IMG/VR virus record: IMGVR_UViG_2687453124_000003
From: an uncultured virus (IMG/VR IMGVR_UViG_2687453124_000003)
Lineage: Duplodnaviria > Heunggongvirae > Uroviricota > Caudoviricetes
DNA length: 64,000 bases
Reading direction: 5' to 3' (one strand)
Of this stretch, positions 9,764 to 19,937 are shown piece after piece; within the stretch, counting starts at the first letter, position 1; every line of letters starts with the position of its first letter. The position numbers and the translations under genes were made by a program. The notes under the pieces are model-generated. The model was not told the origin of the DNA and searched no databases. It was given only the letters and a program-made list of their open reading frames with translations.

Positions 9764-11770
9764 ATGGTCGATTCAGCACGCCTCAAGAAGAGCGCCCGCG
9801 AGTACATGGCAGCGCACCCGGGAGTCAAATATCAGCAGGCTCTCGCGATCGTTCGAGATCAAGACCTAGTTCCGATCGCAGCAGCGTCAGATACGCCGGT
9901 AGGTCCGCCGCCACCGGTGGCGGCGACTTCCCGTGCTGATGGCGGTGATCCGGCCGGCCCGGAGGCTTGGCTGAACGCACTCGGCGGCATCCCAACCGCC
10001 GACGAACTCGCAGCCCGCTGGGCCAATTCCGACACCGAACAGAGCCTGCGAGTTCCTATCGCAATGAGCGTCGATGACAATTTCAAGTTCAGCGATTCCC
10101 CAGAACCGGTCTGGCTAGATCTCGCCGAGGCCAAACTGGGCGGCAACGGCCCCCACGTGTTGATCACTGGACGCACCGGCAGCGGCAGGTCGGTTGCAAG
10201 CGAAGTTTTGCTCACCGGCCTGGCAGCCCTATACAGCCCCGACCGCCTACAGTTCGTCCTCATCGGCGGCGGTGTGCACCACCCGTATTTCGATCGACTT
10301 GCACAGCTGCCCCATACCGCGGCCTGGCTCTCAGATTCATCAACAGATCGAGTAGGTCTGACGGCCCTGTTGGACCAGTTGGATGCCGAGATCGCCCGCC
10401 GCGATGATCGAATCACCAGACACGGAGTAAAAGACATAGGCGAGTATCGCCAACTGGTGGAAGCCGGCAGCGCCGATCCGTTGCCGGATCTTCTAGTTGC
10501 GATCGAAGAAGTACGTACCGTTGTGCGCAATACCGAGTCGCTCGAAAAGCGCATCTTGCGCGTGCTCAGGGTCGGCCGGTCACTGGGCATACACGTTCTG
10601 CTCATCGATCAAGGTAATTTTGATTCCGAACTAAGCCAGCACGTCACTGCGAGCCTGAGTCTGGTTACGGGCTCGCCAACGCGCAGCCGGACATTGTTCG
10701 GCGCCGATGCCTCGACTCTTCACGGCCAGCCGATCGGATCTGCCCTCCTCCACACGCTCCCCCCTGTCGGAGCTGACGCCCTTACGTCACTGCGGATCTT
10801 CTGGATCTCCTCGCCAGCTGAATATGTACAGGAACTACTCAGAGTCTTGGTATCCATGCCGCGCCCGAGCTATCAGATCGTTCAACTCCCGAAGCGCCGC
10901 TGGGGTTTCGACACGTTGATCGGCTTGGACGATTTCAAGGATCAGAGCCGCGCCCTGATCGCCTCAGCACGCATCGAGGCAGAGCTCGTGCGGCGCGGTA
11001 TGCCGCGCTCCCCTCGTGCCATGAACTTCGCATTCACCGGGCCGTCGGGAACAGGGAAAACACTGGCGGCAAAGGCACTTTCACACGAGCTGTTCCGGGG
11101 CGGTGTCACCACAAGGGATAGCTTCGTGCAGGCGAACCGGTCTTCATTGGTCGGCACCGTCGAGGGTGAATCGGCAGTAAAGACACGGAAAGTCCTGGAA
11201 GAAGCGCGGGGCGGAGTCATCCTCTTGGAGAACGCGCATGAACTCATACAGCAGCGAGGATTTGGAGGAGACCCCTTCGGCGCAGACGCCTTGAGCGCCT
11301 TGCTGGACTTCATGGACGGCAACAAAGGCGAACTTGTAGTGATATTCAGCGGCGATGAACCATCCCTCGAGCGGTTCTTCAACGACAATCCCGGTGTCCG
11401 CACTCGTCTGCAGCACCAGATTCGTTTCGCCCCCGCAGATTCCGAACAACTTTGGGAAATTCTCGTTCGGCATGCAGAACAGAGCGGCCGAGTGATCGAC
11501 GCCGGGGCACGTGAGAGGTTCCTTGAGACCGCTACGAAGCTCCGCGCCACGCTCAACGGTCGTGGATCATCGATGCTCGACGTACTCGGCAACGGGCGCT
11601 TCGCTTCCAGCATCTGTGAGCGCGCGCAACATCGTGCTGCGAGTCGACTCGCTGGCGCGGAATTGTTGACCCTGACTGATTTGGATCTACTGCTGCTCAC
11701 GACTGACGATGTCAACGGCGCCATCGACGAACTGATCCGCACATTCAAGATCGATCTCGCCGTTAGCTGA
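9764..11770 (+). CDS. Fusion of an EccC-like FtsK domain and an EccA/CbxX-like AAA+ domain
   Basis: GNGPHVLITGRTGSGRS, YSPDRLQFVLI, GRSLGIHVLL (EccC ATPase-1-like); then LIGL, FTGPSGTGKT, RSSLVG, ARGGVILLENA, NPGVRTR, GNGRF (EccA/SpoVK-like); AGGAGG RBS. Confidence 0.8.
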   Translation: MVDSARLKKSAREYMAAHPGVKYQQALAIVRDQDLVPIAAASDTPVGPPPPVAATSRADGGDPAGPEAWLNALGGIPTADELAARWANSDTEQSLRVPIAMSVDDNFKFSDSPEPVWLDLAEAKLGGNGPHVLITGRTGSGRSVASEVLLTGLAALYSPDRLQFVLIGGGVHHPYFDRLAQLPHTAAWLSDSSTDRVGLTALLDQLDAEIARRDDRITRHGVKDIGEYRQLVEAGSADPLPDLLVAIEEVRTVVRNTESLEKRILRVLRVGRSLGIHVLLIDQGNFDSELSQHVTASLSLVTGSPTRSRTLFGADASTLHGQPIGSALLHTLPPVGADALTSLRIFWISSPAEYVQELLRVLVSMPRPSYQIVQLPKRRWGFDTLIGLDDFKDQSRALIASARIEAELVRRGMPRSPRAMNFAFTGPSGTGKTLAAKALSHELFRGGVTTRDSFVQANRSSLVGTVEGESAVKTRKVLEEARGGVILLENAHELIQQRGFGGDPFGADALSALLDFMDGNKGELVVIFSGDEPSLERFFNDNPGVRTRLQHQIRFAPADSEQLWEILVRHAEQSGRVIDAGARERFLETATKLRATLNGRGSSMLDVLGNGRFASSICERAQHRAASRLAGAELLTLTDLDLLLLTTDDVNGAIDELIRTFKIDLAVS

Positions 11771-11778
11771 CGAAGGAC

Positions 11779-11818
11779 GCTCCCGGTGTCAGGTCCCCTC
11801 GGATTTGACACCGGGAGC
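11779..11818 (+). terminator. Hairpin terminator
   Basis: GCTCCCGGTGTCA / TGACACCGGGAGC 13-bp stem 8 bp after the stop codon. Confidence 0.7.
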
Positions 11819-11924
11819 ATTAACTCCCGCTCGGCTGCTATGCGTCAGCTAGCCCAGATGTTGCCCTGCATGCAATCTCGCGCCGGACAGCTGTTTTGGG
11901 CCCTGGAGATGCGACTGTGCGGCC

Positions 11925-12122
11925 ATGGCAACATATACCGTCGCTCATCCGGATCTGCCAGCGGATCTGAAAGAGACCACCATCAGCACGCTCAGCGGCC
12001 ACGACGTCGCGCGGTCACTGGCAGCTGTGCATGTCGCGGGAATTCTGTGGCGCCGCGGTGATGGCACCGCTGTCCACGCGGCTGACCTACTCCCTGGAAT
12101 CACCATCACGGAGGTGGCATAG
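11925..12122 (+). CDS. Hypothetical protein
   Basis: 65-aa ORF, followed closely by a ~50-aa ORF (12125..12277). Confidence 0.45.
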   Translation: MATYTVAHPDLPADLKETTISTLSGHDVARSLAAVHVAGILWRRGDGTAVHAADLLPGITITEVA

Positions 12123-12269
12123 CAATGCAGTTCAAGGCGATACACCCGGACTCGGCACACACTGTTCACGTCGAGGCCGAGGATGCGGTAACGGCACGCG
12201 CAATAGCCGCTACTGAATTCGGCGAAAGACTCGGCCGCACAGCCGACGCCGTGCTAGATCAGGTGTTTG

Positions 12270-13001
12270 TCAGCTGATAGGTGTTTCTTGCCCCGAAACT
12301 CTGGACAGGGAGCCGATTCCGTACCGCTGGGCGAAAGCCTGGATGATCCCGATGGAGCGTCGACAGTCCTCCACGGTGCGATGACCGGACTCCGGTGTCG
12401 CCGCGGCCAACGCCTCATACCCCTGTGGGTCTATAAACCGTGCGAGTTCAGTGAGTGCCGAGGCATCGATCGTGCGATGCGTGAAGCGAGAGAACAGCTT
12501 CGGCATATACCGCTCCAGGAACGGCCCATCAAGTGACCTCACGGAGCTGCCCACTAGCGGTACAGGTTCGAGGATCCCTTGCTCGTCGAGGAAGGCACAG
12601 AGCAGCGCCGTCGCCTGCTGATATCCCGCGACAACCGTTCGGGTTCCGTCTGCATGGCTTTGCGCGAAGCTCATCGGCCGGTGTAGGTCACGGATTAGCC
12701 AGTTGTTCAGGTGCATGGTCTGCGCCACCGATAGCTGCGCTGATCTATCCCATTGCGCATAGGTATGTTTCGCCCAGGCCACATTCAACGGCGATGCGAT
12801 CAAGACACAGAGGTGCGCAATCTCGTGCAACCTTGCATCGACGATCACGATGCCGACTTCGAGGATTAGATCGGAATCGGGGTCAAGCCCGGTTGTCTCG
12901 ATGTCGAGTACAGCTAGCCGATCGAAAGCGGGTGTGCCTTGTTCAGCGGTGCCATGTTTTCCACACATGGCAGACAGCCTGCACGAGAGCGTCACTGGCA
13001 C
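12270..13001 (-). CDS. orn: Oligoribonuclease-like DEDDh 3'-5' exonuclease
   Basis: LDIETTGLD..D.ILEV, GSSV..D..FL.RYMP, HRTIDAS, HRTVEDC motifs. Confidence 0.75.
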   Translation of the reverse strand: MPVTLSCRLSAMCGKHGTAEQGTPAFDRLAVLDIETTGLDPDSDLILEVGIVIVDARLHEIAHLCVLIASPLNVAWAKHTYAQWDRSAQLSVAQTMHLNNWLIRDLHRPMSFAQSHADGTRTVVAGYQQATALLCAFLDEQGILEPVPLVGSSVRSLDGPFLERYMPKLFSRFTHRTIDASALTELARFIDPQGYEALAAATPESGHRTVEDCRRSIGIIQAFAQRYGIGSLSRVSGQETPIS

Positions 13002-13030
13002 AAGGCGCCCGTAAGCGACACGCCGAGCCG

Positions 13031-13663
13031 CTACGGCAAAAGTGCGCGCCAGGCATCGCGATCGATTCCGCGGGTGCGGCGATAAATCTGGTCCCGGGGC
13101 ATGCCAAGGGTTCGGGCTACCCAGACCATGGGCACGGTCAACTCAACGGCAGCAGCGATGAGGCTCAACAGTGGTTGTGCATCATCACCGTTCAGCCCTC
13201 CTTCGCGGAGCTTGACCAGGGCATCGTCGAGGCCAGCGCCGGCCACCCACGCAAGTTCCAGCGTGGCGGCATCCGGGGAGTCGAAGCCTTCGACGAATTG
13301 GCGCACTGTGCGCGTCAGTTCAGTCGCCGTACTCGGATGTGGGTGCAACAACCACCTTTCCATCGAGAGGGCCAGTGCCGGCGCCGCGCCGGTGTCGTCG
13401 GAATTCGCCGCCAGAACGTCAGCCACCAGGGATGACAACGCCCCAGCACGCCGCCGTGAGCCAGCGCCGTCACCTGCGGAATGGATCAAGGGGTACACCC
13501 GGCGCGAGGTCTGGGACCGCACCGGATCTGCTGATGTGAGCGCAGCCACGACCAGCGCGGTTGTCGCCGCGCGCTCGACGGTGTCAAACAGCTGCATTCG
13601 GCGTTGCCCGCTGATCCGTCGCTGGTGACTCGTCACACCATCTGATTCGATCGTTGTCGTCAC
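13031..13663 (-). CDS. Hypothetical protein with C-terminal HTH
   Basis: C-terminal VARTLGMPRDQIYRR; GTG start overlaps the protease stop. Confidence 0.5.
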   Translation of the reverse strand: MTTTIESDGVTSHQRRISGQRRMQLFDTVERAATTALVVAALTSADPVRSQTSRRVYPLIHSAGDGAGSRRRAGALSSLVADVLAANSDDTGAAPALALSMERWLLHPHPSTATELTRTVRQFVEGFDSPDAATLELAWVAGAGLDDALVKLREGGLNGDDAQPLLSLIAAAVELTVPMVWVARTLGMPRDQIYRRTRGIDRDAWRALLP

Positions 13664-14493
13664 GAGATGCCCTTCTTGTCGTCGACAATCAGCCGCACCT
13701 TGAGCCGCTCCAAGACCGGCGCCAGGTAAGTCGCGAAATTGTCGGTATCGCTCGGCCCGCCGTGCAGCATGCCGATCGCCTGTGCGTCGCCGCTGCTGTT
13801 GACGACGAACACCGGCGCACCCGAGTCCCCCTGTACTGCGGCACCACCCCACTCGAGCTGATCGTCTCCAGCAGCGATCAGCGGCCCGCATGTCAGACCT
13901 GAACGAGAACCATTCATGCACACCGGAGTTCCCGCAGGAAGAGCCTTGGCCGACGGGACCGACATCACGCCACGCAGCCGTATCCCGTCGTTGATCACGG
14001 TTCCGTAGGCCACTTCTTGTTGTGCTGGAGACAAGAAGAACAGGGCCGCGTCATACCTGCGGCCAGCGTCATCGACTCCGCGTTCGGCGTTCTGCAGCGG
14101 TGAGAGGTTCAGGCGACCAGCGCCTTCAGCGTCGGTGTACATCCACAGGGGCGCACCTTCTTTGCGATCGCAGTGCCCGGCTGTCAGGTACCCGATGTCG
14201 CTGCGAGTGCTGACAATCGGCCATGAAATGGTGCATTCAGACACCTCGGTGGGATCGAACTGCTGGACCAAACTCACCCCGGGTCGTGGGTACGCGGCGG
14301 CAGTGAATGCCACCGGCGGCCGTGAGCCGCGGACACCGGCGATCGATATCCACGCATCACTGCCGGGCGTCGGTTCGGCATTGGCCGTCGGCTCTGCGAC
14401 CCAGCTGGTCGCCGTTGCAAGTACGAGCGCGACCGCCCAACCTGCGGCGCGCGCGGCACACCTTCTCCCGCGCCGGGAGCTGGCAGATCTCAT
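13660..14493 (-). CDS. Secreted trypsin-like (S1) serine protease
   Basis: Signal peptide, LTAGHC (His), YDAALF (Asp), GDSGAP (Ser). Confidence 0.85.
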   Translation of the reverse strand: MRSASSRRGRRCAARAAGWAVALVLATATSWVAEPTANAEPTPGSDAWISIAGVRGSRPPVAFTAAAYPRPGVSLVQQFDPTEVSECTISWPIVSTRSDIGYLTAGHCDRKEGAPLWMYTDAEGAGRLNLSPLQNAERGVDDAGRRYDAALFFLSPAQQEVAYGTVINDGIRLRGVMSVPSAKALPAGTPVCMNGSRSGLTCGPLIAAGDDQLEWGGAAVQGDSGAPVFVVNSSGDAQAIGMLHGGPSDTDNFATYLAPVLERLKVRLIVDDKKGIS

Positions 14494-14690
14494 GGCCTCT
14501 CCTCGCTCGCGAATCTCTGCGTTCCAACGCGCGCAGAATACACAGATGCCGCTTTGGATTCGCTGGCATCACACGCGGTAACAGAACTCCCCGGGGCGCA
14601 CGCGCCGCAGCCCGGGCGCCAGGTCTGCAGGCCCTATTCTCCGCCGCAATATCGCGTCATCTCGACCGAGATCTTTCAGGAGACCGACTT

Positions 14691-15518
14691 ATGTCCACAG
14701 GTAAGCGTCCAGTTCTGTCGGCGATAGCAGCCGCGGCGGCAATCGCTGCGATCGGAGGCGGCGTCGCGCATGCTGACCCCGCATCGGATCCGACTTCAGA
14801 TGTGGCGACAATCACCTGCGATATGCCGGATTGCGGAACCGAACCGGCAACCGAACCGATTGTCGAGCACCATCTCGTCGACGAAGAGTCTACGCCTGAG
14901 CCGGTCATCGAGGCGACAGACGAAGAGGCCGCCGCCGAACCTATCGACGAAGCACCGCCAGTCGACGATGCAGCACGCGACGAAGAACCGATCACGGTAG
15001 AGGAACCGATACCCGGCGCTGCTCCGTCACGTCCCCTGGTGCTCGTGCCGGTTGCTTCGACCAGGCCTGTCACCGAGGCAGCCGCGATCGATAAGTCCAA
15101 GATCATCTACACCGCACACCCTGTCCCCCATGTCACCGATGCGGACATCTCGGCTGGGTTGCAGGCCGCCGGCGTAAACCCACGGCTATTTGGGCAATTC
15201 GACACCGCCACACGCACGATCATGGGCGGGGAATCCGGTGGCGCAACCAACGCCGTGAACCGCGGAGATTCCAATGCCTGGGGCGCCCGGCAGCCTGACG
15301 GCGCACCAGCTGGAAGCTCGCGCGGCCTCATGCAGACTGTCCCAGGGACTTTCGCAGCCAATCATGCCCCGGGCACCTCCACGTTCATCTACGACCCGGT
15401 GGCCAATATCGCCGCGGCATGGCGCTACATCGCCGTGCGCTACCACGTTGATCTGCACACCGGCACCGGTTTGGTCACCTTCATGGCGCGCGGCGTCGGC
15501 CACGGCGTCGGTTACTGA
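14691..15518 (+). CDS. Secreted lytic transglycosylase (SLT domain)
   Basis: Signal peptide ending AHA, acidic linker, ESGG..NAVN, GLMQ, DPVANI.A..RY; AGGAG RBS. Confidence 0.85.
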   Translation: MSTGKRPVLSAIAAAAAIAAIGGGVAHADPASDPTSDVATITCDMPDCGTEPATEPIVEHHLVDEESTPEPVIEATDEEAAAEPIDEAPPVDDAARDEEPITVEEPIPGAAPSRPLVLVPVASTRPVTEAAAIDKSKIIYTAHPVPHVTDADISAGLQAAGVNPRLFGQFDTATRTIMGGESGGATNAVNRGDSNAWGARQPDGAPAGSSRGLMQTVPGTFAANHAPGTSTFIYDPVANIAAAWRYIAVRYHVDLHTGTGLVTFMARGVGHGVGY

Positions 15519-15554
15519 GTTTCTGGCCCAGTCCCTGCCACGAGTGGAGCGCAT

Positions 15555-17789
15555 ATGACCGACCCCATCGAGCAAGCGATCGACCGCTACAACGCAGTCC
15601 TGACCCAACCAACCGGCAGACTGTGGGCGCCGGTGTGCCTCAGGCAAATCGAAGACGCTGTCGATGCGAAGTACGGTGCGGGCGCCTGGAAGCGGGACCT
15701 CGCACCCGAACTCAGTTCCGAGCTCGTCGCTGGCAAGCGCCTGGATCCGGCCATACTGGTCGCGCGGCTCAAGGACGCGGGATCCCACACTGACCGCACG
15801 CCACCAGACTCGAGTTCGCCGGCGCCAGCTGGGACCACACCGGCAATCTCGACGCTGCTGTCGGGACCACCGGACGGTGAACGTAAATGGCTCCAGGGCA
15901 ACGCAGTTCTCCCCGCATTGGATCCGAGCGACAACACCGCGCTCAACGCGCTCGACGCAGGTATCGAGGCACTCAATCAGTCCTGGTTTGTCGTCGACCC
16001 GGCTCAAGCCTGGTTTCCGGACGGCGCGCGTTTCCCCGGCTCTGGCACGAGCATCTCCTCTCTGGGCGCAACGTACGATCTGGCCAAGAACCTGATCCCG
16101 CAATGGCGCATCGCAATCGATACTCTGCTGAAGGCCTTCGAGGGTTCGGGTGAGCAACTGATCGAACAGCAGCTGGTGAAGATCCGAGCCTCGCTCACCA
16201 CGTTGGCCACCGACGCCGAGTCGTCGAGCGATCTGCACAATCAGATTGCGCGCTACGGGATCGCGGCAAACGACAGTTTTCAGCAGCTGCGCGGCGAGGA
16301 GCTGGCGAAACGAAAAGACATCGCCGACACCGCCAGAGGGGTGGCACGCGCGAAGATGAACGTGAGCCTCCCTCAGGGCATCCATGTCACCGACGAAGCA
16401 GTGGACAAGGCAGACGTCACCGCCTACAGCTCACGCGGCGAGTTCGTGAAGATCGCCCCCGCCGCGACCACGCTTAGCAAGACCGACGAAGTGACACGCC
16501 ACGGCGCCGCAATCGCTGCCATCGCCAAACAGATCACCGTCCCGGCAGCCGTGGCACCGGAGCTGATTAGTGCTGGAGTGGCCGGCGCAGACAATGGCAC
16601 CGCGCATGGGACTACGCCGGCTGGTCGCCCCGGATCCTCTGCCGCTGCCCCTGGCGGTCGGCCCGGGGCTTCGACTTCGGCCGGAGCGGGCAAGGGCGCC
16701 ACTTCCGATCTGTCCAAACTGCTCTCTGCACTGGGCACCGGAGGACTCGGTCAACAGCTTCCGGGCGCTATCGCGCCCGCTCAACAAGCCGCTCAACAAG
16801 CCGCTCAACCCCTCAATCAGGCTGCCCAACAAGCCGCACAACAGGCAGGGAAGGTTCCCGAAGAGCTGCTCAAGTCATTGAAAAGCGCAGCTCCGGACAA
16901 TCAGCGCCACACCGGTCTGGACACCGCGGCGGCCAAGGCCGCGGGCAAGGATCGCTCAGCGGCGACCACAGCGACATTCAGCGCGCCCGGGCCGGCCACG
17001 CCGAAGTCTGTGGGCATGCCGGGCAGTGACGCGCGTCCGCACCAGCTCGATGCCACCGGGAAGCCAGTGGATAAGGAACACACCGGAAAAGTCGACAAAG
17101 ACGCGGTCCCCCTGTCCAAGAAGTCGATCAAGCCGTTCGATCTCGCCGTTCCGGCCAACGGACACAACGTGCAGGTGAAGAACATCCCGGACCCCCGCCT
17201 GGGCGAGATGATGCTGAACATGGCCGACGCCACCGCTGACAAGCCTTGTTCGGTGCTCGATGCTGCGAAGGCATCCGGGATGGATCTGACCTCCCTGGGC
17301 GATCCCATCGACCCCGAAGACGTTCAGGTGGGTGACGCGGTGATCGGTGCCTATCAGTCCGGAATGTACCTCGGTGAGGGGCTGGTGATGACTTCGACCG
17401 GATTGATCGAGAACCTCGCAGAGGTGCTCGGCGACAACGGTTTCATCTCCGAGATCCCGCTTCCGGATCTCCCCGACGATGCACCGCTGACAGACGCCAA
17501 CGGCGAAGCACCGCCGGCCAATCCGGCACCTGCTCCGTCTGACTCTGCGGCTAGGGACGTGACACCGCTTCCGCCGAATCCTGCTCCGGCCGTACCGAAC
17601 GCGGCGCCGGCGCCCGCTGCAACACCGGCCGAGCCCGCGGCAGCACCACCACAAGTCGCGCCCACTCCTCCCCCGCCTCCGCCGGTGCAACCCTCTGCAC
17701 CACCCGCACCGCCGGCAGCCGCACCAGAGGTAGCACCCACGGGCCCGATGCCCCAACAGGTGAACTACCAAGGGCACGCATTGGGATGA
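15555..17789 (+). CDS. Large ESX-associated putative secreted substrate (helical N-terminus, NlpC/P60-like fragment, Pro-rich tail)
   Basis: 744 aa, upstream of espG-like and WXG100-like genes; VQVGDAV..GMYLGEG segment; AQQA repeats. Confidence 0.55.
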   Translation: MTDPIEQAIDRYNAVLTQPTGRLWAPVCLRQIEDAVDAKYGAGAWKRDLAPELSSELVAGKRLDPAILVARLKDAGSHTDRTPPDSSSPAPAGTTPAISTLLSGPPDGERKWLQGNAVLPALDPSDNTALNALDAGIEALNQSWFVVDPAQAWFPDGARFPGSGTSISSLGATYDLAKNLIPQWRIAIDTLLKAFEGSGEQLIEQQLVKIRASLTTLATDAESSSDLHNQIARYGIAANDSFQQLRGEELAKRKDIADTARGVARAKMNVSLPQGIHVTDEAVDKADVTAYSSRGEFVKIAPAATTLSKTDEVTRHGAAIAAIAKQITVPAAVAPELISAGVAGADNGTAHGTTPAGRPGSSAAAPGGRPGASTSAGAGKGATSDLSKLLSALGTGGLGQQLPGAIAPAQQAAQQAAQPLNQAAQQAAQQAGKVPEELLKSLKSAAPDNQRHTGLDTAAAKAAGKDRSAATTATFSAPGPATPKSVGMPGSDARPHQLDATGKPVDKEHTGKVDKDAVPLSKKSIKPFDLAVPANGHNVQVKNIPDPRLGEMMLNMADATADKPCSVLDAAKASGMDLTSLGDPIDPEDVQVGDAVIGAYQSGMYLGEGLVMTSTGLIENLAEVLGDNGFISEIPLPDLPDDAPLTDANGEAPPANPAPAPSDSAARDVTPLPPNPAPAVPNAAPAPAATPAEPAAAPPQVAPTPPPPPPVQPSAPPAPPAAAPEVAPTGPMPQQVNYQGHALG

Positions 17790-17836
17790 CGCGCCTCTGG
17801 CCATGATTCGGCCCGTGTCCGGGCACCCTGCGCCCC

Positions 17837-19207
17837 GTGATCAATGAGCAACTTCAGGCGATCCTCGAATGTGGACTGAGCACCACAAACGACGAACAGC
17901 CACCCACGTCAGATGCGCTAGCACAGCAAGATCCACCGCTGTCGGAGTTCGGAGACAGTCGTGGTGAATCTGCCCAGGACACAAACGAAGACGGCCATGC
18001 TCGGCCCACCGAGGCGGATAGGCCCAAAGACACGGTTCAAGCGCGCATCCAGGCGGCCTTGACCGCCTATCCAGAGATGGCGCCGATCGCCGAGTCTGCC
18101 GGGGCCGATATTCGCATGAACCCTGACGGCACCATCAAAGTCTCCGACGCCATGCGCGCTGCGATGCGTGCGCTGGTTCCGGGACGTGACAAGGCCCCAG
18201 CTGACGGCCCCTATCGCAGCATCAACAGCTGGCTCACTGCTGACAACACCGTCACACCGGTGACCGAGACGTCACCGTACTTCACGGTCTCCCACTGGCA
18301 TTGGCTGGCTGCCAAGTCGATGGTGCGCCAGATCCCGATCGAGTTGGGGCCGACTTTTCCGCATCTATCCACCTCAGAGGCGCAGATTAGTCACGACCTC
18401 ACGGCGTGGCAGGCCCTCGACGAACACGGCCACTTGACCGACGAGGCCAAGCAGATGTTCGACGCAGTGACAGGTCACGCCGAACTGACTGTGTACTGCA
18501 CGGTGCTCCTCTACGCACAGCGACGGGCGCCTGTAGAGGTTCCTGCCGAATTGAAGCCGTACGGCGTTCAGGCCGCGGTACGTGATGTTCCCCGTGTGAC
18601 TTTCGTGATCGGCGTGGGCAAGCGCGAAGTGGTCTCAGCGCTGATCAACAACACCACCGTGGTGTTCAGCCGCCGACTGCGCCGCGATGGAGCCAGCGCC
18701 GACGCCGCGGCTGCTGTTCTTGACCTCTTGGACCCTGAAGGCCAATGGCCGGCCTACCCGCTCAAGACCCCGATCGTCCTGCCGGGGGCTGTGGTCGATC
18801 AACTCCACTCGGACTCGGATGCCTCGAAACTCTTCGACAGCGAACCCGAGCCGGACGCTGACGAGAAGATTCGTGCCGAAGCTGATGCGGTACGTGAGCG
18901 TGCGCGCAAGGCAGCCCGCAACGTACTGAAAGCAGCCAAGACGCCCGCAGGAGCTCAGGCAGCAATTGCGGAAATCGCGGGGTGCACAACCCACGCGCTG
19001 GCGACAGTGACGGTCAGCACGAGTGATGTCGATGTGTCACGAGGCGGGCCCGGCGCTCTGGCCTTGGCCTTCATGCGGGGGCGGGGAATTATCGCCTCAT
19101 ACCCAAGCGGCTCGGGCATGTTCAAACGCATCACGTTCAAATCCGGCAACATAGACGGCATCAAAAACGGCATCGATGCGCTCAGCAATGCCTTCAGAGG
19201 GGCTTAG
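17837..19207 (+). CDS. espG: EspG-like ESX chaperone
   Basis: W..L....P.ELGP, helix-turn DLTAWQALDEHGHL pattern, position before a ~100-aa gene pair; divergent, start uncertain. Confidence 0.5.
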   Translation: MINEQLQAILECGLSTTNDEQPPTSDALAQQDPPLSEFGDSRGESAQDTNEDGHARPTEADRPKDTVQARIQAALTAYPEMAPIAESAGADIRMNPDGTIKVSDAMRAAMRALVPGRDKAPADGPYRSINSWLTADNTVTPVTETSPYFTVSHWHWLAAKSMVRQIPIELGPTFPHLSTSEAQISHDLTAWQALDEHGHLTDEAKQMFDAVTGHAELTVYCTVLLYAQRRAPVEVPAELKPYGVQAAVRDVPRVTFVIGVGKREVVSALINNTTVVFSRRLRRDGASADAAAAVLDLLDPEGQWPAYPLKTPIVLPGAVVDQLHSDSDASKLFDSEPEPDADEKIRAEADAVRERARKAARNVLKAAKTPAGAQAAIAEIAGCTTHALATVTVSTSDVDVSRGGPGALALAFMRGRGIIASYPSGSGMFKRITFKSGNIDGIKNGIDALSNAFRGA

Positions 19208-19270
19208 CGCGGATTTTTGCGCTACCATCTGCCTTGGAATCACCCATCGGCTACGACCATCGGAGAAAAC

Positions 19271-19579
19271 ATGGGTACAAGCGGCAGCGTTGCGATCGCT
19301 CCCGAAGACGCACTCAAGATCTGCGACAACCTGCAGAACGAGACCGACACTATGCGCCAGGCACTGGGACGGATCGGCAACACCATTGGCGATCTGCAGG
19401 CCCACAGCTACATCTCGGACACCATGGACGCGTTCCAGGGCAAGTTTGAGAGTGAGTCCAGCCCCCAACTGCTGAAGGTCCTTAACCGGGCGGACGCCGC
19501 TGTAGCCGGCACGCGTGAAGTGATCCGGGTCCAGCTGGAGCGCCAGGCCAGCGGCGCCCAAGCGGTGCAGCGAGCGTAA
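19271..19579 (+). CDS. WXG100-like protein 1 (non-canonical)
   Basis: 102 aa, helical; central YISD.MDAFQ where WxG..AF is usual; GGAG RBS. Confidence 0.65.
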   Translation: MGTSGSVAIAPEDALKICDNLQNETDTMRQALGRIGNTIGDLQAHSYISDTMDAFQGKFESESSPQLLKVLNRADAAVAGTREVIRVQLERQASGAQAVQRA

Positions 19580-19617
19580 TCGGCCTCGGACAACCGACTC
19601 AGGAAAGGACCTAAACA

Positions 19618-19917
19618 ATGACCAAGCAACTTCACCTCGACATCCCCGGAGCCCAGGGCGACGTCCACAAGCTCGACACGGATCTGAAGATCCTCGACGA
19701 AGCCGCGGGTCGGCAGCTTCAGGCATACCAGCAGCTTGCGGGCTCCGTTAAGGGCGTCGGCATGGACACCGCCACCGACTTCTCGCGTGAGCAGAACTCG
19801 GCGATCACCAGCGTTCACAGTGTCGTCGAGCATTGCCGGACCTCGACACAGGGCGCCATCAACGAGACGATCGGTTACGACCACAGCGTCGCCGGCGGCA
19901 AGATGACCGGGCAGTAA
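19618..19917 (+). CDS. WXG100-like protein 2 (non-canonical)
   Basis: 99 aa, helical, central VKG; AAAGGA RBS; tandem pair followed by a terminator. Confidence 0.65.
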   Translation: MTKQLHLDIPGAQGDVHKLDTDLKILDEAAGRQLQAYQQLAGSVKGVGMDTATDFSREQNSAITSVHSVVEHCRTSTQGAINETIGYDHSVAGGKMTGQ

Positions 19918-19937
19918 GCCGGATTTCCGGCGCAACA

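Noticed and set aside
13660..14493. Mycosin (MycP) of the ESX system
   Set aside because: Motifs are chymotrypsin-clan (TAGHC, GDSG), not subtilisin, and there is no C-terminal TM anchor
16777..16845. Tandem GCCGCTCAACAA repeats
   Set aside because: In-frame coding repeats (AQQA) within a low-complexity linker
15186..17804. Long antisense ORFs (399 and 282 aa) opposite the ESX substrate gene, and similar shadows elsewhere
   Set aside because: Typical high-GC shadow frames of real genes; Arg/Gly-rich with no motifs
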